Shown in pieces: positions 13,953-25,600 of a stretch of 64,000 nucleotides of DNA. The position numbers and the translations under genes are program-made. The DNA is from Saccostrea cucullata (Eukaryota): positions 62,001 through 126,000 of the forward strand of contig NW_026922597.1 of assembly GCF_032062105.1 (NCBI RefSeq). The letters are read 5' to 3'. Position 1 is the stretch's first letter, and each line of letters opens with the position of its first letter. Under the pieces are notes generated by a model. It was not told the DNA's origin, did not search any database, and saw nothing but the letters and a program-made list of their open reading frames with translations.

Positions 13953-14302
13953 ATACGGCTGTCGACCTACAATTTAAGGAGTGTATTTCAACCGCCCCAG
14001 AATTACCAGCTATCCAATTTTTTTCTGGAGAAATATGACCATCAAATACTTGATAATGAATGGCATAGAAGATGATAAAAAAGGAAAAGAGGATGGACGT
14101 TTTCAGTAAATCCCCCATACACATTTGTTTTGCAATATGGTTAAATCTTCCCCAGTTAATGTACAATTACATGTTTTTACAATTAATTTACAAGTTTGAG
14201 ATAAAGAGGTTTAACTGTATATATAATTATATATTATTGGGGATATGTCGTGTAAAATTGTTGTAAATGTAGATGTTAATTTTAGAATGAAGAATGAATA
14301 CC

Positions 14303-14304
<2 letters not shown>

Positions 14305-14366
<62 letters not shown>
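14305..14366. repeat. (GA)n microsatellite
   Basis: About 31 GA units. Confidence 0.98.
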
Positions 14367-14370
<4 letters not shown>

Positions 14371-15480
14371 CGTACAGTTTTCTACACATTTAAATAATTA
14401 AAATCATGCTTGTTTTTCTAATTTTATTTTTAAACTTTTACCCCCTCCCCCCCCCCCCAACACATGATGCATAAGACGTGTACAGCAACTGATATGCTTT
14501 TTTAATTAAAAATATCACACTACATATCATTTTTTAGTGAATGAGGTTAAAAATCAAACATGAAACGATGGAATTGTAATTGTGGATTGTTTAGACATCG
14601 GGATCGAGATGCCTTTCATATCTCGATACGGATACGGATACTTATACGGATACGTCAGATAGAACAATCACTAGTTTAAGTGTTGGTGTATGGGGATTGG
14701 GGTGTGGAGTAGTTATGTAGAATTAAAGGTTTTCTAAACATTGAAAAGATTGTTAATCAGAATGTTCTTTCCATTTATAAATTACGAGATACATAATATA
14801 TTTACTTCCATAAAGTGAATCTGTAAAAATATATATGTTTTTTTCATATTTAATATATAAAGCTACTTATCACTTACTATCGAAACAACGACAGGTCCCC
14901 TTTTTAGAACATCGAATTTTACTTCTCGGATAAAAACGTACTCTGCACAGTTCGTGTTTTATATTCTAAAATTGAAAATTAAACACACATTTTTAAATAT
15001 AAATGATGTGTCTAACTTCAATTTATATTTTATGCAGCCAACATTTACTTGAGGAATTGATAAAGTTTAAAATGGTCTCGTGTTTGATTGATTTTCATCC
15101 GATTATAAGTTTTTTTTTCAAATAATTGCGACTATCGTCTCCATCGATTAGAGTATGCCTTTTTACACATATCAAAGCGATTTGTTGATCAAGATTCATT
15201 TTCGTTGTTTACTTGATATATTTCCAGGGCGACAATTGATGGTTACATCAAATTTTTCTTGTTTATTTTTGTCGGGGTTTCTTTTAGCCTATGTGTATTT
15301 TTATATCTGTCGTGAATTGAATTTAAGGGAAACAGTAAGTAAATATATAGGATGATCCGATTATGAAAACAAAATAAACGCGCTAAAAATTGTGACACTA
15401 TTCAACACAAAATAAACACGTAATATATTAAAAGTTTTCTTTTAGAATAGGATTCGATTTCACTTTCTTGATTTTGTAAT

Positions 15481-15692
15481 TACTGTAAATCACTTTTTCT
15501 TCGCGAGATTTTTATTTTCGCGTAATTACGCGAGACAGTGTGCTCGCGAAAATTTAATTCATGCGAATAATAGAATTCCTTAAAATTATACAGATCAATA
15601 ACCACAATTCGTGAAAATTTTGTCTCGCTAATCAAGAGTCAGTGACTATATAGCGAAAATAAGGTGTCGCGAAAATTTATTGATCTACGGTA
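15481..15692. mobile_element. tactgtaaatcac MITE, copy 2
   Basis: Homologous to 5616-5797 and 52193-52417. Confidence 0.8.
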
Positions 15693-15899
15693 TTGCAATG
15701 TAATAACCCATTAAATGCTAAGTGGAATAGGAACATTTTTGAATGAGAATAGCCCCTTAAACTAAATTGTTTTCAATATCAGACAATTCCTAAAAATCAC
15801 ATTAACGTACTGACCTCTACATGCTCCATAGACTGTTTGATATAATTATAATTATGTTGACTATATATAATTACAATTATGTTGACTATTTCATGTTAC

Positions 15900-16350
15900 A
15901 GATATTGTTTTTGTCCTGTACTGTCTGTCTGTTTGTCTGTTTTTCTATCCGTCTGTTATGAACCTAGTGAATGGGACAATGGCTTCCATATTTCACTGGT
16001 GTATTCCTTGTGACAAGACATTTCCACCAAATTTGACCTCTTGACCTTGTTCTTGGAGTTAGACCGACTTTTACACAAAATAAACACTTTAACCTTGGTC
16101 ATAACTTTTGAACAGTCGGAGCTAGGGTTTTATACTTCACATGTGTACTTAATGTGACAAGTCCTTTCAGCTGGTATAAATATTTTTGACCCTTTGACCT
16201 TGACCTAAGAGTTTGACCCACTTTTTAAAAACTTTAATAAGCTTGGTCATAACTTTTTAACACTGAGAACTGGGGCTTTCATACTTCACAGGTGCATTTC
16301 TTGTAACAAAACCTTCTTTTGGATACAAACACTTTTGACTTTATCCTTTG
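15900..16350 (+). mobile_element. HINE/pearl-like element remnant with ~150-bp internal repeats
   Basis: (ctgt)n run, then repeated tgaccttgacct...aaccttggtcataacttt...ggttttatacttcaca.gtg units. Confidence 0.55.
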
Positions 16351-16824
16351 GAATTTGAAAAGTTAGTTTTATATTGGCTATCGGTTTAGCCGCTATTTTT
16401 TGGTGCTGAGTGCGAGGGTGATTTTTGCATATTTCTTTTTTTTTTGATAGAATTTTGATTTAAATAAACTGAAATCAATTTGTGTTTGTATGTATAGCAA
16501 TTGATTAACTGATTTGATTTATTTGATATTTATTAAGTGTTTTATTGGTATGTCTTTGGAGGAAGCCGCGCCGGCCCCTGGGAAGTATCCCGGCTGCAAC
16601 GCAGGCAAATGCCACTCCTCACACCCCTGGTAGGATGGGTGATACCCCAGGGAAGGGTGTTATACACCTTATGTACATAGCTGGAGCTTCACATCTCGTC
16701 ACACACCTTCCGCTCAGTCAATGTCAGGCCATAGGGGAGGGGGTTTGCCCCGGGGGGATCCCTCTGTACTTCCGTCCGGCTTGCACTCGGGCATCCCCAG
16801 TGGGGAGGGGAGTGTGTCACGGAA

Positions 16825-16936
16825 CACAGGAGCCTGAAGTTTTTATAGTAAAAAAAAAATAAAAATAAAAAAAAAATCCGGAAAACAATTTTCCTACCCT
16901 GGTTTTTTTTAGTTAAGGGAAGGAAAATTATTTTCC

Positions 16937-16998
<62 letters not shown>

Positions 16999-17027
16999 TT
17001 TTACAATAAAAACTTCAGACTCCTGTG
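16825..17027. mobile_element. Fold-back MITE with 7-bp TSD (P-element-like CACAG termini) inserted in the Gypsy region
   Basis: cacaggagcctgaagtttttatagtaaaa...ttttacaataaaaacttcagactcctgtg; TSD cacggaa at 16818-16824 and 17028-17034. Confidence 0.8.
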
Positions 17028-17196
17028 CACGGAAAGAGGTAAGGTTTTTCAAGCCCCAATTTAGCTCACCAGGGATGATGTCAACTGATTCCCTTGAGTC
17101 CTCTTTAGGTAGCCCGAGTAAGTGTGCCTCATTTGGCAGCACAGTGAGTTTTAGTCACCCTAAATACGAATGCAGTGAGGTTCCATGGACTTCAGG

Positions 17197-17680
17197 TATT
17201 ATTAGTTACATAGTCTGTTAGTGACAGGGTATTGGATGATACCTGGTTAGTAAATTTCTTACCTGGCGAGGCGAAGCCGAGTCAGGTATGAAATTTACTA
17301 ACTAGGTATCATCCCATACCCTGTCACTAAAAGACTATGTAACGAATTTACCCCACCGATGAAACATTTACGTTTTATCTGTAGTTTATAAATGGTTTTC
17401 TCTGCTAAATGCTTCATCAGGCTTATACTGTGCCTATTATGACGGCATGTTTGTTTTTGTGACGTAATACATCGACCGGGTATAGATTTACAACTGACCG
17501 GGTAAAAAAAATCCACCGCCTTCACGTGACAGACTTCAACCAATCGTAAGTCAGGATTTCACGAAAAAATCGACAGAGGTGGGGTAAAAGTTATACCCTT
17601 TCTTCACGTGACAGACTTCAACCAATCGTAAGCCAGGATTTCATGGAAAAATCAACAGAGGTGGGGTAATGAAGTATATT
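17197..17680. mobile_element. Crypton-like non-autonomous element with a terminal palindrome, nested in Gypsy
   Basis: Palindrome 17205-17343 centred on cgaggcgaagccgag; tandem duplication of cttcacgtgacagacttcaaccaatcgtaag...gaggtggggtaa at ~17520 and ~17602. Family assignment is inference. Confidence 0.6.
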
Positions 17681-20059
17681 GCTTAGGTCATGTGCGCTCG
17701 GCTTGAGCCAGCCTTTCCTTGTGGGAGACACAGCAAACCTGGGGGCCCTGCCACTATGGGATTTAGATCAAGCCGCTTAAGTGAGGGTGTACACTACACC
17801 CTCAACCCCGCCCTTCCACCCTATACACCATTTAAGGATCGACAGTCTGAGATGCCCGTGTGGCCTGAACCTCTCACTTACAAATGCGATTGGATGCCCG
17901 AGATGCGCATGAGGCCTGCACAACTCACCTACAAATATGACCAAAAGTCTCAGAGGCCTATGAGGCCTGAAACATTTCCCCCCCCCCCCCGAGTTTGATC
18001 GTGGGCCTGTTCATCCCACAGAGCTCACCTGGAACCCTGTGCCTGCACAAACTCAGCCTTAACTTGCAGACTTTAGTGCGCCCTTTCTCCCTGGGGATGA
18101 TTTGCGACCCCGGAGCTCCATGTCACAATCGCCGGAGCTTTTTTCGGCTGAGGAGGAAGAGGCACCCTTGAACGTGGAAGTGGGGATGCTTGTGCCCCCC
18201 ACTCAACGTCAGAGCCTCTTGGACCATTCCAGAAAAGGAAAGGAAAGTTAAGGGATCTTGGGAGAAACAACGCAGATAATTCTAATCCAGAGACCAGTGG
18301 ATGAGGGGGTAGAGCCGACTGTACCCACAGGACAGTTGCGCCCATCTACAGGTTTTTCAGTTAGCCTACTTGTTCAAGGCTTGCGGGTAAGTGCCGTGGT
18401 GGATACGGGGGCGGAGGTTAGTGTTCTGTCGACGAGCCTCCATCCTGAGACATGTAACTATGCAGCAGGCTGGTAAAAACACCAAGCTCAAAGGTTTCAT
18501 GGTGGGGCCCGTGGCTTTAACTTAGGGAGTCAGACTCACGAGGTTGACCTTTATATAGCCCCCCCCCCCTTGCACGATCCGATGTTGCTGGGCCTGGGGT
18601 TTCTTCATACCCGGAAGGCCTGTTTTAGATTTAGAACTTGGGACCTTGACCTTGGGAGGGGAGGCCATTAAGATAAATTTCGGCTGCGCTGAAGAAGTTC
18701 CGGAGGCCAGAGTGACCTTGGCCCGAAAGGTGCGGGTCCCGGCTGGTTCTGTTGTTTTATGTCCCAGTCATCTGGATCAAAAGCTGAGTGATTGATTTGC
18801 AGTCGGATGTAATTCTTATGTCCCATACATATCATGAGGGAGGGGACAGTGCAGTAGTTTGTGTAGTGAACGCTTCGGATCAAGACGTGACCTTGACTGA
18901 GGGCAGCCATATAGGTATGGCGGTGGAGGCTGATCCACATCAGCCGGTGCCTTACTTGGTGAGAACTGTGGCTAGCCAAGATGTAGGGGATCTGGGGGTA
19001 GCAGCCCCCACCCATGAGGTGCCTGAATTCTCACAGAACTTACAAAAGCGCTCCTTTGTAGAACTCAGATCAGATGAGAGGGCTATGTTAGCTAATCTGC
19101 TAACAGAATTTCAGGATGTCTTTGCTCGGAGTGAGTTTGACTTCGGGAAATTCTCCGCACTAAAGCACGAAATATATACTGGAAACGCAACCCCTGTGAA
19201 GGAGCGGATGAGACGCACCCCTATGTTCTTTGCTGGTGAAGAGGAATTCCACCTCGAGAAAATGCCAGAGGCCGGAGTGATACAGCCCTCTTTGTCTCAG
19301 CGGGCCTCCGCCCCAATCCTGATTAGAAAAAAAAGACGGCCATGTAAGATGGTGTTTGGACCATGGCAGCTTAATGACTCGGAAGGACGTACCGTATTCC
19401 TCCTACCCCTGACAGACGAATGCTTGAACACCCTTACAGGGAATGTGTGGTTCTCTAACCTGGACGCCAATTCGGCTTTTCACCAGATGAATATCCGCCC
19501 CAGGACGGGACTGCCTTTCTGACTAAGTGTGGTCTGTTCAAGTTTGTGCTCATGGGGTTTGGCCTATGTAATGCCCCGGCTACCTTCTCCAGGGCGATGA
19601 ACCTTGTATTCAGAGGCCTTACTTGGAATATTGTTCTGGCCTTCTTAGACGATGCACCAGTTTTAGACTTCCATGATCACCTCGAGAACTTGCGTGTTCG
19701 CTACGAGTGTTGGTAAAACTAGGTCAACAAACCTGAGCCGGGGTTATTTAAGATTTTTCAATTCTCTGCCTTAATACTTTATCAATCGAATATCTCAAGG
19801 CCGAATCCGATCACACGATCCAATGATGGAAACTCCATATAATATTTATTTTCTCTGGGCACACAGGAATAGCGGCCTCTTTTTTTCAGACATAACTTTA
19901 CATACCGGTACTTTACTGAATATTTTCATTAAAAGTCCGACCCACTTTTTGTAAGGGTAAGGGTCAAATAAGGTTAATGTAGTATAGTACATTTAAATTT
20001 GATACTATAGAAGAAGTTGAATCTAACCCAAAACCCACCCCGCCCCCTTAATATGATTT

Positions 20060-20440
20060 CATTGGCGTCGGAAGCAAAGTGAAAGTTGGGGCCGGGGGGG
20101 GCTAAGCGTAAGAAATATTTTTTAGACCTTCAAAAAAAAAAAAAAAAAACATGACAAGCAAAAAAAAAAAAAAAAAGGGAGAGAAATGTCCACTGTCCAA
20201 ACACAAAAATCCTATTTCGTGTGTGTGTGGTGGTGATAGGGGATCAAATTACAGTGCGAATTTTTTTTTTCTTCAAAACACCACCACTTTCCACATTTTA
20301 AACCTATACTGCATCGTGTCCATGGAAAGTGGGGGGGGGGGGGGCTAAACCTACGCAGTAATGTTCAATGTCTATACTAAGTTTAACTTTGGGAAAAAGT
20401 GGGGGCTAAGCCCTCTCCCCGGTTCCGATCGACGCCTATG
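20060..20440. mobile_element. MITE with 5-bp TSD (hAT5-like)
   Basis: cattggcgtcggaagc...gacgcctatg; flanks gattt/tattt. Confidence 0.7.
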
Positions 20441-20465
20441 TATTTTCAAGTTTGGAAATTTCCTT

Positions 20466-20520
<55 letters not shown>

Positions 20521-20728
20521 TGTCAAGTTGTTTTCAGCGGATAGCTTGAATTTTCAAAATCGGTGCTACGTCACTGTTCTCTCGCCTGAAAAATATCACT
20601 CTACGAAAGTTATTTGTTGGATAATTGAATTCCAGTATAACAGTTTAATTGACATAAAAATGTTAAATATTTTAATACTAGATACCCCTTTATAAATTTA
20701 TAAATTGAGTTGTTTTTCAGGACGTTCC

Positions 20729-21005
20729 CAGACGTGGATCTAGGAAATGAAGTTAGATGGGGCGCCAAAAGTAGGCAAGGGGTCTGGGGGCCGCCTTGAG
20801 GCCCCCAGTGGGTCAAGGGCAAAGCCCTGGTGGGGGCTCAGGAGGCGAAGCCCCCGAAAGCTCCTGGGTTCTAGAGATTTTGTAGAGTAAAAATGAGGTC
20901 TACCAAGTAGGCATATTTACATTTTCTAGACGAAACTGTGATTTATGTTTACTTTGACAATTTTAGGGGGGGGGGGGGGGCGCCCCCTCCTTAAATCCGT
21001 CACTG
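20729..21005. mobile_element. MITE with 5-bp TSD (hAT5-like)
   Basis: cagacgtggatctagg...ttaaatccgtcactg; TSD gttcc/gttcc. Confidence 0.75.
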
Positions 21006-22017
21006 GTTCCACTTAAATGAACTTTATTTCACGACAGATAGTAATTGCTCATGCGTGTGATTGTAGGGACGGGGCTTTGCAAAGGAGTGAGGAGTGTTAT
21101 GGGTAGGCAAAGTCGGAACCAGGGAACACCTTAGGCATACTAGAAACTCCCCCGTCTTTTTTATGCATTAATATTTTACATTGAAATAGCACTTTTTAAT
21201 AAAGAAAAAAATATCTATAGAACGCAACGTATTTTACATCAGCCAGTAGAGTAAAAAAAAATCTTAAAACTTGAAAATTCTGTATTAGGTGGTGGTGGTG
21301 GGGGGGGGGGGGTCGTCAACTTGTTTTCAGTACCAAATATTACTCATATGTACATATGCCACTAAGTACATGACTATTAATATATTAATTGACTACAATG
21401 CATAGGCGTCGGAACCGGGGGCAGACGCCGTAACCACAGTGCCACGGGGGCGATTGCACCCGGGGGGAGGGGCATCCACGGGACCGGGGGGGGGGGGGCG
21501 GAATTCATTATCCATTTGTACTCGTGAAGATTATCTATGTCAAACTAAATGGTTAAAATGATTTAATTATTAACCACTATTAAAATGGTTTCATTTAAAC
21601 ATTTATTCATATACATGTAGGACGGATAACTTTTCTTCAAAAACTGAAAACGTTAGCATATAAACATTGTTTTATGATTAAAAAAATATTCGGGGGAGGG
21701 GTGGCTATGAAGGGGGACGAATTGCTATATACAGCTAGATTTCCCACGGAAGACTAGCTATATATTGAAACTTCCCTGGGAGGAGTCTCACTGTATAGTC
21801 TTCCGAAGGAAGCATCACTTTGTAGTCAGTCTTCCAGGGAAAATCTTACCATCTTCCGAGGAAATGGCATTATCGGGTACATACCTGAACTTATAACAAA
21901 CATCATGAAATTTAAGTTCGATTGATAAAGTATTAAGGCAGAAAATTGAAAAATCTTTAATAACCCCGGCCCTGGTTTGCTTACCTATTTTTACCAACAC
22001 TCGTATAGCGAACACCC

Positions 22018-22107
22018 TGCCACCTAGCGTTATAATGCGGCACTAAATTCAGACAACTTGCATTCGTCTTCATTGAATTTAGTGCCGCATTATAACGCTA
22101 GGTGGCA
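22018..22107. repeat. Perfect 34-bp inverted repeat with 22-bp spacer
   Basis: tgccacctagcgttataatgcggcactaaattca (22018-22051) and its exact reverse complement (22074-22107). Confidence 0.95.
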
Positions 22108-22651
22108 TTGTTTACATGATTGAATTTACGTTCGTAATCGAGATAATCAAGATAGTTTATTTAAGAAACAGTTTCAAATTAAAAGAAAGTAGAATGTATT
22201 CACAAGAATAAAGCAACATAGAAGTAAGGACAAAATAAAGAACGATAAAAGCTCAAGTATAATGTAATAAAGACGAATACGAAAACAATAAAGTGGCATA
22301 TAATTACAATAATAACAAAGCATAAAGAAGTAGGCAGAATAAGAATAAAAGCAAGATACATAGACTTTTGGCGGTAATTCCCTTCCATACAATCTATGCA
22401 TTTTGTACCATGCATTATAGCAAATAAATATTTGAGTATATTACGTACTGGAAATGTTCCTTGATATATAAAACAATATATCAAAAACGAAGTACATAAG
22501 ACAATTATCAATTCATACTTTAAAATACATACGGTATTTATTTGATAATTGATTTCCCATGTCGTTATGTGTATGTACAGCATCCATACGATTCAAAAAC
22601 ATGTCAACCTACATGTATCTAGTATTCAAAAACATGTCAACCTACACGTAT

Positions 22652-25600
22652 CTAGGACATAAGAATTTCGTTTATCGCATGCAGTATATTCAAATGAACA
22701 TCTTCGTCTAAATTAATAGTGACCCTTGCATCTACTTCGGAGCAGATGTAAACTGCTGCACTTGCTGGTACAATTGCCTTTCTCCGTCTTAAAAGTTTAT
22801 ATCTAAGAGGATTCTGCTTTGTATTGTCATAATACAGTCCAGTTATGACATCAGTACCAGCTGGTAACGTCGAGCCCCACGAATCAGTTTTGTCGCTGTC
22901 CAGTGTATGGGCAGGTTCTTGGACTTTTAACAAGAAATAGTCTTGATGTGGGTCATCTGCGTACACAGCAATAACCTGGCCCTTAGAAACAAGTTTTGCC
23001 ATGGATCCCTGGTCATCATCCTGATCGACATCGGTTGTGGTGTCAGTTTCCTGTATCATTTTAATAGTTAGAAAATGCCCAGCTGCTGGAACATTTAAGC
23101 ATTCATCATAGGAATGCGAATCGCATTTATCACAGAAACAGGACAGTTCGCGGATTGTTATTTCGTCGTCGGAGTCTCGAACAATAACTTGATGAACAGA
23201 CCTGATGTTAGGTACTGACTTAAATCGCAAGTTGTCATCTCTTGGAATGCAATCCATAAAACGAAAGATTCTACGTCGGCACACGGACTTTGTCATGGTC
23301 AAATTAGAAACTGCAAAGTCGTACAGGTCCTGTGCATTTTGTATAAGTGCCTGTCCTCTCAAAACCGCCATGTCTGCTTGCCTTTTAAGAAGCCCCCCTG
23401 CAGCATCTTGAGGCCCTGTAATGTAAAAATTTGTATAAATTTAAAAATACAATTAAGCTTACATGTATACTGTATGTACCGGGCATACAAATATTTAAAT
23501 TGCGCCTTTTTAAAAAATCTGAACTCAATTAAACGACGAATGCGAATTTAACCCTGATGTCACAGAAGCTATGTGAATTTCTTACAAAAACATTCCTTCA
23601 ACGATTAAGAGGTTTGAAAGGTATTTATAGACCTAGAGCAGACTGGTCACATGTCCTAATTGTATTCACCAAATTTTAGCTTCTTTTACTCAACATTCAA
23701 CTTTAGTGTAACTGAGAAGATTTTTGTGAAATATTTGTTTTGTTACATGTAACTATAAAAATTTATTCGTGAGAAATCGAGTTGAAGTAAACTTCTTCAC
23801 CTTTAGCATGAGCTGTCTCAAAGAAATTTCGGGTAAAATGCTTGAACCCAAAATCCTGACAGGAGTTACTGATGTCACCAAAGCAATGTCGACTTTTATA
23901 CTGGGCTGCACACCCGTCAGTAAACTCATGCATGGTCTCCGTGGGATATGAGATGGATGACAGATATTCAGATATACTTTTCCGCACAGCGTGGACAAAA
24001 TACTGGTCGTGCTGTTGATCATTACTTATAACAAAAAAGTGTTCAGTGATAATCTCCGGATTCTCTTCGGAACTTTCTATACCATCTACGTCAAGAAGTG
24101 CATGGCGATGTATAATAGAAACATGAATTGAGACTTCTGTCCTCTGAAAGTACGAGCTTTGTAGTTGCTTTAGTCCGGTGCACCGGTAATTTTCAGAAAA
24201 GTCATGCACACAGACGCAGTGATTTAGCGGAAGATTAGAAACAAGACTGTGAAATTGGCTGTATTGCCAAGTTGCCCGATGCTGATGCAATGGAAACGAT
24301 TTTAATAGCTGCTTCAAATGTGCAAATAGTTCACTAACTTTTGTTTCCTTTTTAACTAAAACAAGCTTCTTGATCAATTTGTTGCCTTTAACTTTTATGT
24401 CCACCTTCTCAAATCTTTCCCACTTAACTGTTTCGTCAATTTCAGCCTCTCCAGTTTCCTCGGGGAGTAGGTGTAACTTTTCTATACCACAATCAGCACA
24501 AATCCGCTTTAGACATTTTAAGTCTTGGTTAGAACACAGTGTGGCATCTACTAAATCGCTTATGGACTCGAATAATGGGACATCGTTTCCAATGGAACTC
24601 CCGTTTGAATTTAAAATCTTTTTTTCGAAAGTTCATGCAGGATTTAAAGGCACTCTTTATTTCTATATGGTATCTACAACAACATGTATGCCTGTCCTTT
24701 GACCGGGCCTGTCTGACGAAAAATGGCTTGCAGTTTTCAAATGACCTTTGAGACATTTTAATTTCCGGATTTTCGGAAATAGAATCAAGGTAAACTTCAG
24801 TTTGAGTTTTTTCAAGGATATGCACTGGATGACTTGTGTAGGTTTTTGGTCCTAATCTTTCTCGTTTGATATCGGGCTTATTTCCTGTTGGTCGGGACAC
24901 ACCTGGACGTAGCCAAAAGTCGTACGCAAGTCGTTTTGTTTCATTTGGAAGTGCATCAGATCGTGTTTTTCTAGATGTATAAGTCCAACAGGATTTTTCC
25001 GATTTCAACACAGTTGTTCGAATTCTGTTCCCTTTACTTATGCGTCGAATTGGTAATCCAAGAGTTTTGGCAAGATTTTTTCGGCATCTGCTCATGGTCA
25101 CTTGTTCCCCACTGACAGACGCAGTGAGTACATTCATCGATGCGACAGAATCCTTTGATCTTTTCATCTTGCAACTATCAATTGTTGCTTTTAAATCTCT
25201 CAGTACGGCTTTTTCTGTTGATTTTTCATTTTGTTCTTCGGGTGATGATATCACATCAGCGTTTTTTAGAATTTCTGTTGTAGGTGATTTCGTATTTTTC
25301 AAATATGCCGCAAGAGTAGCTGACCTCTTTTTTGGAGTATGGGGTAAAGCATCTTTCAAATTTTTTAACGCCCTGTGCTTGCTTGTCCTGTTGTTAAACA
25401 CAGATTTCCACACATTAGAAGCATTTTCTGGGGTCGCAGAGACACGAACACTTTTATCCTTTAATGATTTTCTATATTTTCTCTTTCTTTCAGCTTCCTT
25501 TTCTCTAAATTCGACTCGTCTTGCCCTATAGAGACGTTTTCTTATTGCCTCTGCAGTTTGTTTATATTTAGTCTCATTGGAAGTTTTGTTTCTGTGGTAG

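Larger units (their letters stand above)
12328..14673. mobile_element. Non-autonomous hAT-like element with ~70-bp TIRs and nested MITEs
   Basis: tagagattgttctatctgacgtatccgtatccgtatcga..atgaaaggcatctcgatcccgatgtct (12328-12395) is inverted at 14593-14673. Confidence 0.8.
16540..19693 (+). mobile_element. Decayed Ty3/Gypsy LTR retrotransposon (gag-like region, protease, RT N-terminal half), 3'-truncated
   Basis: GC-rich block. Aspartic protease motif AVVDTGAEVSVLS (ORF 18258-18476). ORF 18788-19522 contains HEIYTGNATPVKERMRRTP, VIQPS.S..ASAPILIRKK and WFSNLDANSAFHQM. A shifted frame gives GLFKFVLMGFGLCNAPATFSRAMNLVFRGLTWNIVLAFLDD (~19520-19655). Multiple frameshifts; no LTRs identified. Confidence 0.9.
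19694..22015. mobile_element. Non-autonomous DNA transposon with ~95-bp TIRs that truncates the Gypsy RT
   Basis: gtgttcgctacgagtgttggtaaaactagg...gccttaatactttatcaatcgaa (19694-19790) is inverted at 21917-22015. Contains nested MITEs; no TSD seen. Confidence 0.8.

Noticed and set aside
16909-20695. Poly-K and poly-F ORFs (16909-17142, 20361-20695)
   Set aside because: Translations of homopolymer runs in or beside MITEs.
19694-22015. The 95-bp TIRs as the termini of the Sola2-like transposase element
   Set aside because: Both TIRs lie downstream of the transposase gene and do not flank it.
25040-25531. 163-aa + strand ORF
   Set aside because: Antisense shadow of the transposase exon with no independent motifs.
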